Both the position numbers and the translations under genes were made by a program. The notes under the pieces are model-generated. The model saw only the letters and a list, made by a program, of their open reading frames with translations, was not told where the DNA came from and did not search any database. Shown here in pieces: positions 1 through 10,453 of a stretch of 64,000 nt of DNA (positions are counted from its first letter, which is position 1; each line of letters opens with the position of its first letter). The DNA is from Burkholderiales bacterium (GTDB taxonomy: Bacteria; Pseudomonadota; Gammaproteobacteria; Burkholderiales; Burkholderiaceae_C): the NCBI GenBank assembly GCA_018969975.1, contig JAGWXI010000003.1, positions 902 to 64,901 on the forward strand, given 5' to 3'.

Positions 1-186
1 ATCCACAAGATATAAATAGCTTCCATCAAATGCAAGATGTCGCAGATAAGCCATTGAGTTTCCACTGGCAAACACAACAGGAGACGTTGTTGAAGAACTA
101 GAGGAACTAGAGCCACCCCCACCTCCACCGCATCCACAAAGAAACGAGGCAATAATAATTAAAGTAGCGTAATTTTTAAATCGCAT
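1..186 (-). CDS. Putative lipoprotein, 5' part only (runs off the window edge)
   Basis: Manual translation from ATG at 186: MRFKNYATLIIIASFLCGCGGGGGGSSSSSSSTTSPVVFASGNSMAYLRHLAFDGSYLYLVD. Basic N-region, hydrophobic stretch, lipobox-like LCGC and a Gly/Ser linker. Frame open to base 1. Not in the ORF track. Confidence 0.75.
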   Translation of the reverse strand, partial: MRFKNYATLIIIASFLCGCGGGGGGSSSSSSSTTSPVVFASGNSMAYLRHLAFDGSYLYLVD

Positions 187-287
187 AAATATTGAATTCG
201 ACCAAGCACCAACTTTCTAGAGCGACTTGTAACCCATAGGCCGTTACTGATAAAGTTATCCCTGTTCCAACCGACCAAACTAATGCC

Positions 288-857
288 ATGATGAATAAGT
301 TGTGCATCCTGATATGCTTGTTTTTATCCCTTTGGAGCCAAGCTAACGCGCAAACTAAAGCTGAAGCCCCAAATGCATCTCGTGCCATCTTGGCTCGCCC
401 GCCGCAGAGCGGAAAAGAGCCTATGTTGCTTTTAGGGCCCAAAAACAAACCATATTCCGAGCCTCTGCTCAACACCACCAAAATGGACTACTTTGACTGC
501 GATGGTATTGTCGCACCATGGTTTAGGGAGCTTTTGGTAGCCGAAATGAACTATTTTGCAGAACTCAGCGAATTGCCCTTTATTCAAGGAGACGCCTGCG
601 TAGTCAGTATCGGAACAAAACGTAGCCTGACACCAGGGAGAATCAGCATCCACCTCTACTCCAATGTCAATCGGCTTAAGGCTTGTGTTCATAACGAACA
701 ATGCCCCGTATTTCGCAGCATCAGTCTGATCCCTAAAGGCGAAGTGCTCTACAGATCCTACTTTTTGTCAGACATGTCCAGAAAACTCATTGCCCAACAC
801 TGTGTCACAGATAAAGGCAAACTTCACAGCGATACCACCTGCTACAGCGTGCCTTGA
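288..857 (+). CDS. Secreted hypothetical protein with a six-Cys C-terminal domain
   Basis: Signal peptide ending SQANA; C-terminal ~125 aa align by eye with the next ORF. Confidence 0.75.
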   Translation: MMNKLCILICLFLSLWSQANAQTKAEAPNASRAILARPPQSGKEPMLLLGPKNKPYSEPLLNTTKMDYFDCDGIVAPWFRELLVAEMNYFAELSELPFIQGDACVVSIGTKRSLTPGRISIHLYSNVNRLKACVHNEQCPVFRSISLIPKGEVLYRSYFLSDMSRKLIAQHCVTDKGKLHSDTTCYSVP

Positions 858-927
858 CACATACCTCTTTTAAATTAAAGCAAAACGGGGGCGTGTCGAT
901 TCATATTCGTTAACTCTCACCTTTGGT

Positions 928-1857
928 ATGCAGCGCTTTAAGTCTCAATTTATCTCTTGCTTGGCATGTTTAGTTATTTCTAGCATGTCAGGATGGAGTT
1001 CGCTTGCCCTCGCGGGCGACCCTCCTAAAGCACCGGTGGAGGAAGAAAAAAAGCCGAATTACGCGAAAGAAAAAGGCGAAACAGCTAGGGATGGAACTGT
1101 CTTTAAACGCGTCTTGAAAGAGTCCTACGACGAACCTAAAACCGTTCCCAAAGCCGAATCAAATCCGTCTGACCCCAAAACAAAGAAAGATGCGCCTGTC
1201 AAATATGATGAAAAAGGGCAACCCATAGAAGAAAAGGAAGGTAAGCCCGCCAAAGAAGAGAAAAAGGACGACGGCCAAGCCAAGCCCAGTAAAGAAGAGA
1301 AAAAGAAAGACGCTAAAAAGGATGACAGCCACGGTGCGTCTAAGAAAGCTGAACCAACCCCAAGTGCTTTGTACGACCCGCAGGTTATCAAACTCGACCT
1401 CAACAACAGACCGCATACACCTGTAGTGCAAAGTAATTCTCAAGCCGATTACTTTCTCTGTAATAAGACTATTTCCAAAAAATACCAAGAAATTGTCTTC
1501 AATGAGATCAACACTTTCGCAGACAGAATGGGCCTGCCTAGAGCGCAACCCATGCCCTGTATGGTGAAAATTTCAAAACCAGGCACAAAATTTCCTGGTG
1601 CCGTGTTTGTGGAGTTTTATGTGGATGAACAAGCTGCCGCATCTTGCATTCGCCTCAATAACTGTGTTTCAGCGCGTCTGCTTATGCTCTATCCCAAGGA
1701 CAAAAAAGCAAAAACTGTCCAAGAGATCTATCGCTCATATGTATTGACAGATGAGCGAAAGTTCAGGCGTAGTTCGTTTTGTGTTTCGCCAGACGGACAG
1801 CTTTTGGGAGAGAAAAACTGCTACGTTTCGCTGCACCCAGACTGGTTGTTTAATTAG
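928..1857 (+). CDS. Secreted hypothetical protein: Lys/Glu/Asp/Pro-rich linker plus six-Cys domain (paralogue of 288..857)
   Basis: Signal peptide ending ALA, low-complexity KEEKK-type region, C-terminal domain with DYF-C, YRSY-L-D and CV...G-L...CY. Confidence 0.8.
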   Translation: MQRFKSQFISCLACLVISSMSGWSSLALAGDPPKAPVEEEKKPNYAKEKGETARDGTVFKRVLKESYDEPKTVPKAESNPSDPKTKKDAPVKYDEKGQPIEEKEGKPAKEEKKDDGQAKPSKEEKKKDAKKDDSHGASKKAEPTPSALYDPQVIKLDLNNRPHTPVVQSNSQADYFLCNKTISKKYQEIVFNEINTFADRMGLPRAQPMPCMVKISKPGTKFPGAVFVEFYVDEQAAASCIRLNNCVSARLLMLYPKDKKAKTVQEIYRSYVLTDERKFRRSSFCVSPDGQLLGEKNCYVSLHPDWLFN

Positions 1858-1918
1858 GAATTGGCTTGAGTCATGCGCGCTTCCTTGTAAACTTAAAAAA
1901 TTATCTTAAGGAAATTCA

Positions 1919-2362
1919 ATGGTTTTTCATGGCAAGTGGTTTGAAGAACTCAATTTAGGACAAACATTTGGGAGTTCATTAACAATTACAGAAGCCCATT
2001 TGGTTTTGGGGGCAGGCTTATTTGGCGACTTTAATCCCTTACATGTCAATGAAGCTTACGCAAGAAAAACAAGATTCGGATCGCGAATTTTGCATGGGCC
2101 TCTTACTGGAGCCTTGATGTCAGCCCCGATTGGCATGTTTTTTTCGGGTACAGCTATCGCCTATCTGCAACATGACTGCAAGTTTTTATCACCCATTCGA
2201 GCAGGTGATACTGTCACAACAAAATGGACGATTACGGAATTAATTTCAAAGAGTCAAAAAAACGCAGGAATTGTGACCATGGATGGGGAATGTACGCACG
2301 ATAATGGTGAGGTTGCAGCTCAAGCAAACGGCAAGATACTTATATCCTTCAAGCCAGTTTGA
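1919..2362 (+). CDS. MaoC-family (hotdog fold) acyl-CoA dehydratase
   Basis: GDFNPLH and FGSRILHG hydratase motifs. Confidence 0.85.
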   Translation: MVFHGKWFEELNLGQTFGSSLTITEAHLVLGAGLFGDFNPLHVNEAYARKTRFGSRILHGPLTGALMSAPIGMFFSGTAIAYLQHDCKFLSPIRAGDTVTTKWTITELISKSQKNAGIVTMDGECTHDNGEVAAQANGKILISFKPV

Positions 2363-2368
2363 GGTATC

Positions 2369-4006
2369 TCAATTCTTGCCAATTGAATCGCGCAAGCGCA
2401 ACTCTTTACGCTGAATCTTGCCAGTAGTGGTCATTGGCAAACTGTCCACAAATTCAATTTCTCTAGGGTACTCGTAAGGCGCCAATCTCGACCGCACATG
2501 CTGTCTTATATCGTCTTCGAGGCCTAGAGAGGGCTTCTCTCCTGGCTGTAGGACTATGAATGCTTTAACGATGGCCCCCTTTGATTCATCAGGCTTTCCG
2601 ACCACAGCAGCCAAAGCTATAGAAGGATGCCGGAGCAAACAGTTCTCAATCTCAGAGGGGCCAATTCGATAGCCAGAACTTTTAATAATGTCATCCGATC
2701 GACCCTGATACCAAATATAACCATCTTCATCCATTCTTCCTTGGTCGCCGGTACATCCCCAGTCGCCTATAAATTTTTCCTTCGTAGCCTGAGGATTACG
2801 CCAGTACTCAAGGAAGAATACTGGATCAAGTTCCCCATGGATATCAAAACGGTTAACCGCAATTTCTCCTAACTCACCCGCTTTAACTGGCTGGCCCTCC
2901 TCATCAATGATCATTACCCTGTGGCCAGGATAGCCCCTGCCTATAGATCCCGGTTTTACTGGCCATGCTGCTTGACAGTTACCAACAACATAATTAATTT
3001 CCGTTTGACCGAACATCTCATTTAAAGTCACATTTAGTTGGTCACGTGCCCATTCAAACACTGTGACACCTACTGACTCTCCAGCACTCATCATCGATCT
3101 CAAATTTAATTGATAACTTTGACGCGGCTTGGGCACAGCTTTCATCATTAATTTCAGAGCTGTTGGAAATAAAAATGTGTTTCTAATTTCATAACGTTGC
3201 AATAAATCAAATGCCTTTTCGGGATCAAACTTTCCCCTATATCCAAGAATCGTTAATCCCTCGTACCAAGTTGGTAACAATGCATCAAATAATCCGCCAG
3301 CCCAAGCCCAATCAGCAGGTGACCAGAATTTGTCTCCTTCTTTAGGAAAGAAATCATGAGAATGAGAAAACCCGCTCAGATTACCTAATATAGAGCGATG
3401 AGCCAGTAAAGCACCCTTGGGGTCGCCAGTTGTTCCACTGGTATAAATAATGAGGGCAGGGTCATCAGCAAGCGTATTTACCGGTGTGAATTCGTCACTG
3501 GATCTCGCTAACAATCCAGCCCATTCATGGACGCCGTTTTCTTGAGCTCCGGCAACACCAATAACTGAGCGTAAATCTGTCAAACCGTCCCGAATACTCA
3601 GTAGTGTCTGAAGAGACTGGGGGTCAACGATGGCTGTGCTAGCCTGCGCATTTGCCAAGCGATACTCTAAAGCTTCAGATCCGAACAAATGGGAAAGCGG
3701 TAAAGCTATAGCCCCCATTTGAAAAATAGCCATAAATCCTATAGCCATCTCTGGCCTCTGCGGCAGTACGAGTGCTACCCGATCACCTCTTTTAATTCCC
3801 AGTGCTTTTAAGGCATTTGATAATCGATTGGCCTGCTTTTGAATCTCACAGAAAGTGTGGGTACTTTGCTCACCACTTTCATCTTCCCAAAGTAATGCAA
3901 TGCGAGAAGAATCCCCGCTCCAGCGTCTGCAACAATGGTTTGCAATATTGAAATACTTCGGAGTATTCCATCGAAAGTTTTGATAAAGATGTTCAAATCG
4001 ATCCAT
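2369..4006 (-). CDS. Acyl-CoA synthetase (AMP-forming, short/medium chain)
   Basis: YTSGTTGDPKG AMP-binding loop, FGQTE, GRSDDIIKSSGYRIGPSEIE, LPMTTTGKI. Confidence 0.9.
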   Translation of the reverse strand: MDRFEHLYQNFRWNTPKYFNIANHCCRRWSGDSSRIALLWEDESGEQSTHTFCEIQKQANRLSNALKALGIKRGDRVALVLPQRPEMAIGFMAIFQMGAIALPLSHLFGSEALEYRLANAQASTAIVDPQSLQTLLSIRDGLTDLRSVIGVAGAQENGVHEWAGLLARSSDEFTPVNTLADDPALIIYTSGTTGDPKGALLAHRSILGNLSGFSHSHDFFPKEGDKFWSPADWAWAGGLFDALLPTWYEGLTILGYRGKFDPEKAFDLLQRYEIRNTFLFPTALKLMMKAVPKPRQSYQLNLRSMMSAGESVGVTVFEWARDQLNVTLNEMFGQTEINYVVGNCQAAWPVKPGSIGRGYPGHRVMIIDEEGQPVKAGELGEIAVNRFDIHGELDPVFFLEYWRNPQATKEKFIGDWGCTGDQGRMDEDGYIWYQGRSDDIIKSSGYRIGPSEIENCLLRHPSIALAAVVGKPDESKGAIVKAFIVLQPGEKPSLGLEDDIRQHVRSRLAPYEYPREIEFVDSLPMTTTGKIQRKELRLRDSIGKN

Positions 4007-4043
4007 GAGCTTTTTAGAGTGCTTTGATAACTGCGGCCGTTAC

Positions 4044-4120
4044 TGGCCTGCCCGGAGGGGATCGAACCCCCGACCCACAGCTTAGAAGGCTGTTGCTCTA
4101 TCCAACTGAGCTACGGGCAG
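4044..4120 (-). tRNA. tRNA-Arg (anticodon TCT)
   Basis: Reverse complement CTGCCCGTAGCTCAGTTGGATAGAGC...CT-TCT-AA...GGTTCGATCC...GGGCAGGCCA; 77 nt cloverleaf with encoded CCA. Confidence 0.95.
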
Positions 4121-4127
4121 ATTTCAC

Positions 4128-4155
4128 AAAAAAGGCCCCGAAAGGAGCCTTTTTG
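4128..4155 (-). terminator. Intrinsic terminator-like hairpin between tRNA-Pro and tRNA-Arg
   Basis: Minus strand AAAAAGGCTCC-TTTC-GGGGCCTTTTTT; A/T tracts on both sides, so possibly bidirectional. Confidence 0.7.
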
Positions 4156-4160
4156 ATATG

Positions 4161-4237
<77 letters not shown>

Positions 4238-4245
4238 AATCCGAT

Positions 4246-4273
4246 ATTTTACCTCGAAGAAAACCTTGGGCAA
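4246..4273 (-). promoter_or_regulatory. Putative sigma70 promoter of tRNA-Pro
   Basis: Minus strand TTGCCC-N16-TAAAAT just upstream of the tRNA. Confidence 0.55.
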
Positions 4274-4321
4274 TTAGACTAAGTAATCTGAACAAATCAG
4301 ACAGTAATATTCCCCCCACAT

Positions 4322-5230
4322 ATGACCTCCACCAGTTCTAATCTCAAACCACTCAAAGGGGTTCGTGTGTTGAGCACGGCTCTTAATCTGCCTGGACCGG
4401 CTGCACTCATGCGCTTGAAACAAATGGGTGCAACTTGTACCAAGCTAGAACCACCAGCACAACCTTTGACCCCTACGGCGGATCCAATGGGTGTTTACAA
4501 ACCAGAAGCCTACAAGACTATGCACAAAGGTATTCGTCTTGTACAGGCTGATCTAAAAACGCCATTGGGACAATCTACGCTGCACCAACTACTTGCCCAA
4601 ACTGATGTTTTGATAACCTCATTTAGACCCTCTGCGTTGACTAAGCTGGGGCTTGACTGGAAGGTCTTACATCGCCTATTTCCCAGTTTATGCATGGTGG
4701 GTGTTGTAGGTGCCCCTGGGCCACGTGCAGAAGAACCGGGACACGACCTGACCTACCTGGCAGAAAATGAACTCATCCAAAAATTGGATCTCCCCCCCAC
4801 TTTATATGCTGATATGGCTGGATCACTTATGGTTACTGAAGCCGTTCTAGGGTCTCTATTGGCTAGGCAAAGCAATGTTCATCAAAGTGGGGCTGGCGTC
4901 TTTCAAGAAATTGCTCTCTTGGATGCAGCTAGCTATCTTGCGTTACCGAGAACTTGGGGCTTATCCACTCCTGACGGAGATGTGGGAGGTCTGCACGCTG
5001 GTTACAAGATCTATCCCTGTAAGAATGGCCGCGTTGCAGTTGCGGCCCTAGAACCCCATTTTGCAGCGCGATTATGTTTGGCAGTAGGCTTACCGCAGAA
5101 AAGCATGCATGCTATGCGAGAAAAAAGAGTGCATACTGCTTTTGCAAAATTTTTTGCTACGCAAACAAGGCGACAACTCGATCGTTTGGCTATCAAAAAC
5201 GATATACCGTTGCATACATTAGTACCTTGA
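4322..5230 (+). CDS. Class III CoA transferase (CaiB/BaiF family), short form
   Basis: PLKGVRVL, LPGP, DVLITSFRP, GHDLTY and the catalytic Asp region LYADMAG. Confidence 0.85.
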   Translation: MTSTSSNLKPLKGVRVLSTALNLPGPAALMRLKQMGATCTKLEPPAQPLTPTADPMGVYKPEAYKTMHKGIRLVQADLKTPLGQSTLHQLLAQTDVLITSFRPSALTKLGLDWKVLHRLFPSLCMVGVVGAPGPRAEEPGHDLTYLAENELIQKLDLPPTLYADMAGSLMVTEAVLGSLLARQSNVHQSGAGVFQEIALLDAASYLALPRTWGLSTPDGDVGGLHAGYKIYPCKNGRVAVAALEPHFAARLCLAVGLPQKSMHAMREKRVHTAFAKFFATQTRRQLDRLAIKNDIPLHTLVP

Positions 5231-5258
5231 ACCGCGCCAAAGCTCTTTGGCGGTTTGA

Positions 5259-6404
5259 TTATTTGCTGTCTTTCAAATGCCGCAGAGGATGAAGTTCTGA
5301 TGGCCAAGGGCTTTGAAAAAAGGGCAGCACCATTTCAGGCGTAATTTCTTCAATTAAGGCTGGTTGCCACCGTGGTTGGCGATCTTTATCAATTACCAAG
5401 GCCCGAATGCCCTCAACCGTCTCAGTTTGAGCGCCACGGCGCGAAAGATGGTCGGTGTGAAAACAATGACGAACCAAATCACGCTCCATTCGCAAAACTT
5501 CAGACAAGCGCATGGTTCTACCGCGTCGAATTTGCTCCAAGCTCACTGCTGACAACAAGGGTGAGCGTTGCCTCAGTGCTTTTAACGTTTCAGTTGCCCA
5601 TCCATTTGGTTGTTGACTCTCAAGGCTTTTTAATGCTGCAACCATATCGGCTAATGAAGGCAAAGAAAATATAGAGTCCAACTGGGGATGCCACCAATCT
5701 GGTCTCTTGTGAAATTCTTTATCTTCAAAGCGCAGAGATGACTGGGCTTTGATCCAATTTACGACAGCACTACCGTCAGTCCATTTTTGATCTTTCAGCC
5801 CGTTCCACAAAGAAACTAATGTTTCGGAGGCTACAAAAACATCTGCCAGTCCTACTGCAAGCGATTGGTCACCCCGCAGCAGTTGCCCCGTTAGAGCGAG
5901 GTATTCACCCGTATGACCAGGGCAGCGACTTAAAAAATATCCCCCACCTACGTCTGGAAACAAACCAATCTGTGTTTCAGGCATGGCCATTTGCGTACGC
6001 TCTGTCACTACACGTAAGGCAATACCTTGGCTCAAACCCATGCCTCCGCCAACGACAATGCCATCCATAAATGAAATATAGGGTTTGTCGTAAGTGTGAA
6101 TCAAGTGATTGAGGTTGTATTCTTCAGTAAAGAAATCTTCCAAGCTTGCATCGCCTGAGAGGGCTGCTTGGTGAAAATAACGGATATCGCCACCAGCACT
6201 AAAAGCGCCAAATGGACCCTCTTTATTACTACCGCGAATCACTACTGCTAATACGTCTGCATCAGCCGCGAAGTCACGTAATACATGAGTGAGTTCTCGC
6301 ACCATGGGTAGTGACAAAGCATTCAATGCTTTGGGTCGGTTTAAGGTTAAGTAGCCAATTCCTCCCAATTTTTCAGATACGACGTCTTCACTATAGAAAT
6401 TCAC
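5259..6404 (-). CDS. Enoyl-CoA hydratase/isomerase family protein (3-hydroxyisobutyryl-CoA hydrolase-like)
   Basis: LNRPKALNAL, FSAGGDI, GGGMG, MPETQIGLFPDVG, EGIRALVIDKD. Confidence 0.88.
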   Translation of the reverse strand: MNFYSEDVVSEKLGGIGYLTLNRPKALNALSLPMVRELTHVLRDFAADADVLAVVIRGSNKEGPFGAFSAGGDIRYFHQAALSGDASLEDFFTEEYNLNHLIHTYDKPYISFMDGIVVGGGMGLSQGIALRVVTERTQMAMPETQIGLFPDVGGGYFLSRCPGHTGEYLALTGQLLRGDQSLAVGLADVFVASETLVSLWNGLKDQKWTDGSAVVNWIKAQSSLRFEDKEFHKRPDWWHPQLDSIFSLPSLADMVAALKSLESQQPNGWATETLKALRQRSPLLSAVSLEQIRRGRTMRLSEVLRMERDLVRHCFHTDHLSRRGAQTETVEGIRALVIDKDRQPRWQPALIEEITPEMVLPFFQSPWPSELHPLRHLKDSK

Positions 6405-7288
6405 GACTTTGATTCCTCCATGGCTTTACTTTTCATGCCATAAGCATTGACTACTAGTGCAACTATGACCAAGATGCCCCCACTGATGACGCGCGCGTTA
6501 GGTTCTTCCCCCGCGCCAACCCAAGCTAAAAATATTCCAAATAGCACTTCAAGCAATGAAAGCAGTGAAATCTCAGGCGCAGACAAAATACGCGCACAAA
6601 ACACCAATAAGGTGCAAGGCATAGCTAACTGAACCAATCCCAATAAAGCCAACCAAGCGATATCGTGCGCACTCGATTGCAATGGCCATGCAAAAGCCAA
6701 TGTGGCCAAGGCTGAGATAACAGCACCAACTAACACTGCAGGCAAAAGATCCAAAGAGTCACCTGTTTTTTGTGCATCTTGGACGACGCACCAATTTACC
6801 GCTGCGGCGGTGGGAACTAAAAAACCAATCAAGGTACCCCATGCCAATCCGGACACTTGCGGCTGTGCATACATCCAAAACATTCCCGCACCAGCAATCA
6901 CAATAGCAATCCACGTGGGAAGTTGGATGGTTTGTTTATAAAAAATTCTCGCTACTAAGGCTGTGAGCAGTGGACCCACAGACATCGTCACTAAAACTTC
7001 TGCCACACTCGCCAGCGTTAAAGCCACCATGAACGCAGTGAACATCACGGACCAGCACAATCCGCTTAACCAAAGTCTTTTAGGCGCATTGATAAGTCTA
7101 GATAAAACACCTGGGCCTTGTAAAACTCGAAGGAAAAGCAACAAGCACAAAGCAGTAAACAAACTTCTCCAAAAAGTCAGCTCAAAACTTTGTGCCGAAT
7201 CCAACTGGCGAGTAACTACACCAGCGATAGACCACATGGCTGTTGCAACAACCATCATCCATACTGCGCGGGAATGGGTCCATCCCAT
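6401..7288 (-). CDS. DMT/EamA-family transporter
   Basis: About 10 hydrophobic segments in 295 aa with a two-repeat EamA layout. Confidence 0.8.
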   Translation of the reverse strand: MGWTHSRAVWMMVVATAMWSIAGVVTRQLDSAQSFELTFWRSLFTALCLLLFLRVLQGPGVLSRLINAPKRLWLSGLCWSVMFTAFMVALTLASVAEVLVTMSVGPLLTALVARIFYKQTIQLPTWIAIVIAGAGMFWMYAQPQVSGLAWGTLIGFLVPTAAAVNWCVVQDAQKTGDSLDLLPAVLVGAVISALATLAFAWPLQSSAHDIAWLALLGLVQLAMPCTLLVFCARILSAPEISLLSLLEVLFGIFLAWVGAGEEPNARVISGGILVIVALVVNAYGMKSKAMEESKS

Positions 7289-7299
7289 AGTTTGATTCC

Positions 7300-9120
7300 T
7301 TAAATTTTGTTTTTCTTGCGCTCGTGTTCTTTCAAGAAACGTTTACGCAAACGCACACTCTTAGGTGTAATTTCAACCAATTCATCGTCATCGATAAATT
7401 CCACACCGTATTCCAAAGTCAAATCAATAGGTGGCGTTATTTTTATCGCATCTTCCTTGCCCGATACGCGAAAGTTGGTGAGCTGTTTGGTGCGGGTGGC
7501 ATTGACCACCAAGTCGTTATCTCGGCTGTGTATGCCCACAATCATGCCTTCGTACACGGGATCATTGGCTTTGACGAACATACGACCACGGTCATCGAGT
7601 TTGCCCAAGGCGTAGGTGAAGATTTCACCGTCATCCATAGAAATCAATACACCGTTTTTGCGTCCACCGATATCACCTTTGTGCGGCTCGTAGCTGTCAA
7701 ATATGTTGGAGATCAAACCAGAGCCACGCGTCAAGTTTAAAAATTCGTTGGTAAAACCAATCAAACCACGTGCAGGAATACGATATTCCAAACGCACCCG
7801 GCCGCGTCCATCGGATTCCATGTTGACGAGTTCACCTTTGCGCTCGCCTAAAGCTTGCATCACGCCGCCTTGGTGGGTTTCTTCGATATCGGCTGTTACC
7901 AATTCGATAGGTTCATGGCGCTCACCATGGACCTCGCGATAAACCACACGCGGTTTAGAAACGGCCAACTCATAGCCTTCACGGCGCATGTTCTCTAACA
8001 AGATAGTTAAGTGCAATTCACCCCGTCCCATCACTTCAAACACACCTTCTTCGTCGGTCTCTTTGACACGCAAAGCCACGTTGTGTTGCAGTTCCTTTTG
8101 TAGACGATCCCATATTTGGCGGCTGGTTACAAACTTGCCTTCGCGTCCAGCTAAGGGGCTGGTATTGACGCAAAAGTTCATCGTCAAAGTAGGTTCATCC
8201 ACCTTCAACATAGGCAATGGAGATGGATTCAACGGATCGGTGATAGTGACACCGATACCAATATCGGCAATACCGTTGATCAAGACGATGTCACCAGGAC
8301 CAGCCTCTGTGGCTTGCACGCGCTCTAAACCTTGGAACGTCAACACTTGGTTGATACGGCCCTTGACTGGCTTGCCATCGACGCCTTCCATCACCACCAC
8401 ATCCGTCATGGGTTTAATGGTGCCTTGGCTAATACGGCCAACGCCAATGCGTCCTACAAATGTTGAGAAATCCAGCGCAGAAATTTGCAATTGCAAAGGC
8501 GCACTTGGGTCACCTTTTTGTGAAGGAACGTGTTTCAAAATCGTATTGAACAAAGCCGACATATCTGGGCCCCACTGCTCACCAGGTGCGCCCTCTTCCA
8601 TCGATGTCCAACCATTGATCCCCGAGGCATAGACCACAGGAAAATCAAGCTGCTCGTCAGTCGCACCGAGTTTGTCAAACAAGTCAAACGCCGCATTCAC
8701 TACAAAATTAGGTCGTGCGCCTGGCTTGTCAACTTTGTTCACCACCAAAATGGGGCGCAAACCCAAAGCCAAAGCTTTCTTGGTCACAAAACGGGTTTGT
8801 GGCATTGGGCCTTCTTGTGCGTCAATCAACAACACCACGCCGTCAACCATGGACAGGGCACGCTCCACTTCGCCGCCAAAGTCCGCGTGGCCTGGGGTAT
8901 CGACGATATTGATATGGGTACCTTGCCAGCTCACCGCACAGTTTTTGGCCAAGATGGTGATGCCACGCTCACGCTCAATCGCGTTGTTGTCCATCACGGT
9001 ATCAACCACTTTTTCGTGCTCTGCAAAAGTGCCGGATTGGCGCAATAGTTGATCGACCATGGTTGTTTTGCCATGGTCCACGTGCGCGATGATCGCGATA
9101 TTGCGAATTTGCTTACTCAT
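7300..9120 (-). CDS. typA: Translational GTPase TypA/BipA
   Basis: [45 protein letters not shown]. Confidence 0.98.
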   Translation of the reverse strand: MSKQIRNIAIIAHVDHGKTTMVDQLLRQSGTFAEHEKVVDTVMDNNAIERERGITILAKNCAVSWQGTHINIVDTPGHADFGGEVERALSMVDGVVLLIDAQEGPMPQTRFVTKKALALGLRPILVVNKVDKPGARPNFVVNAAFDLFDKLGATDEQLDFPVVYASGINGWTSMEEGAPGEQWGPDMSALFNTILKHVPSQKGDPSAPLQLQISALDFSTFVGRIGVGRISQGTIKPMTDVVVMEGVDGKPVKGRINQVLTFQGLERVQATEAGPGDIVLINGIADIGIGVTITDPLNPSPLPMLKVDEPTLTMNFCVNTSPLAGREGKFVTSRQIWDRLQKELQHNVALRVKETDEEGVFEVMGRGELHLTILLENMRREGYELAVSKPRVVYREVHGERHEPIELVTADIEETHQGGVMQALGERKGELVNMESDGRGRVRLEYRIPARGLIGFTNEFLNLTRGSGLISNIFDSYEPHKGDIGGRKNGVLISMDDGEIFTYALGKLDDRGRMFVKANDPVYEGMIVGIHSRDNDLVVNATRTKQLTNFRVSGKEDAIKITPPIDLTLEYGVEFIDDDELVEITPKSVRLRKRFLKEHERKKNKI

Positions 9121-10067
9121 ACTTCACTCTCCAAAATAGTCTGAATTTCTAGGGGGCTTAACAAGCGCCCAGGTATTAGTTCTCCGGCTTTCACATGCGC
9201 AGTGCCCAGCAATGCGCGAGGAGACTCGCCGTAGACAGCGGTTTGTTCGCAATCGGGCCAATTGCCTCTGCGACGTAAACCACTTAAAAATCTGCCCGCA
9301 TCATCCTTGGCCAAGGTGACAGGCGTATGTCCGTCCAATAGCGCATCGACTGGTAATAAACGGTTGGCGCGGTCTGCTTCAGACAAGGCCTCGAGATCTT
9401 TAAGACCAATGCATTGGTCTACTTGGAAAGACCCAGTCGCTGTGCGTCGTAAAAAACTCAGGTGCGCTCCACAGCCTAGGGAATTGCCAATATCTTGCGC
9501 CAAAGTTCGTATGTAAGTGCCCTTGCTGCAACGCACGCGAATGCGTAAACGTCGTACACCTGCTTCAGGCGCAATTTCTTCTAACGTGAGATGGTGGATA
9601 GTGATGTTGCGGGCTTCGCGTTCAACTTCAATGCCAGCACGCGCATAGTCGTAGAGGGCTTTGCCGTCTTTTTTCAATGCGCTGTACATAGGCGGAATTT
9701 GCGCAATGGGTCCCGTGAAACGTTCTTGAACTGCCTGAAGTTGTTCAAGTGAAAAATCTACTGGCTTGGTTGCAAGGACTTCGCCTTCAGCATCGCCTGT
9801 GGTGGTTTCAATGCCTAGAGAGGCAATCGCTTCATACGATTTATCAGCATCCAAATGCAATTGGCTAAATTTAGTGGCCGCACCAAAACACAATGGCAAG
9901 ACTCCAGTGGCCAAAGGATCTAGGGTGCCGGTATGGCCCGCTTTTTCTGCGCGCAACAACCACTTGGCCTTTTGCAAAGCGTCATTGCTAGAGATGGAGA
10001 GGGGTTTATCTAACAGCAACACCCCATGCACAGGGCGTCGCTGCACCCTGGTGCGCGGCGCATTCAT
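9117..10067 (-). CDS. truB: tRNA pseudouridine(55) synthase
   Basis: [30 protein letters not shown]; ATG at 10067 preferred as start. Confidence 0.97.
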   Translation of the reverse strand: MNAPRTRVQRRPVHGVLLLDKPLSISSNDALQKAKWLLRAEKAGHTGTLDPLATGVLPLCFGAATKFSQLHLDADKSYEAIASLGIETTTGDAEGEVLATKPVDFSLEQLQAVQERFTGPIAQIPPMYSALKKDGKALYDYARAGIEVEREARNITIHHLTLEEIAPEAGVRRLRIRVRCSKGTYIRTLAQDIGNSLGCGAHLSFLRRTATGSFQVDQCIGLKDLEALSEADRANRLLPVDALLDGHTPVTLAKDDAGRFLSGLRRRGNWPDCEQTAVYGESPRALLGTAHVKAGELIPGRLLSPLEIQTILESEV

Positions 10068-10069
10068 GC

Positions 10070-10441
10070 TCAATCGTCCTTAGCGCGCGAAGAAACGGCT
10101 TTGGCGATCAAGGCATTCATATCCGACGCGCGCTCTGGCGTGCGGTCATAGATGAAATGCAAAGTAGGCACTGTGTGGATATGCAAACGCTTGAATAAAC
10201 CATTACGCAAAAAACCAGCCGCTTGGTTCAAACCTTCTGCAGTTTCAACAGGGTCACCATTGAGCACACTGAAATGCACTTTGGCATGGGCATAGTCTGG
10301 TGTGACTTCCACGCCTTGCAAAGTCACCATACCTACACGCGGATCTTTTAACTCGCGCGCAATAAGTTCGGCCAGGTCACGTTGGATCTGGTCGGCTACT
10401 TGGTAACTGCGGTTAGGCGTTGAACTAGGTTTACGGGCCAT
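10070..10441 (-). CDS. rbfA: 30S ribosome-binding factor A
   Basis: [17 protein letters not shown]; lies between infB and truB. Confidence 0.96.
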   Translation of the reverse strand: MARKPSSTPNRSYQVADQIQRDLAELIARELKDPRVGMVTLQGVEVTPDYAHAKVHFSVLNGDPVETAEGLNQAAGFLRNGLFKRLHIHTVPTLHFIYDRTPERASDMNALIAKAVSSRAKDD

Positions 10442-10453
10442 GGCACTCGCGTT

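Noticed and set aside
176-701. Minus-strand ORFs 176..481 and 432..701
   Set aside because: They shadow the signal-peptide-bearing 288..857 gene, which is supported by paralogy with 928..1857
1040-1350. Repetitive A-rich sequence resembling a tandem repeat array
   Set aside because: Explained by Lys/Glu/Asp-rich coding sequence; no fixed repeat unit or spacers
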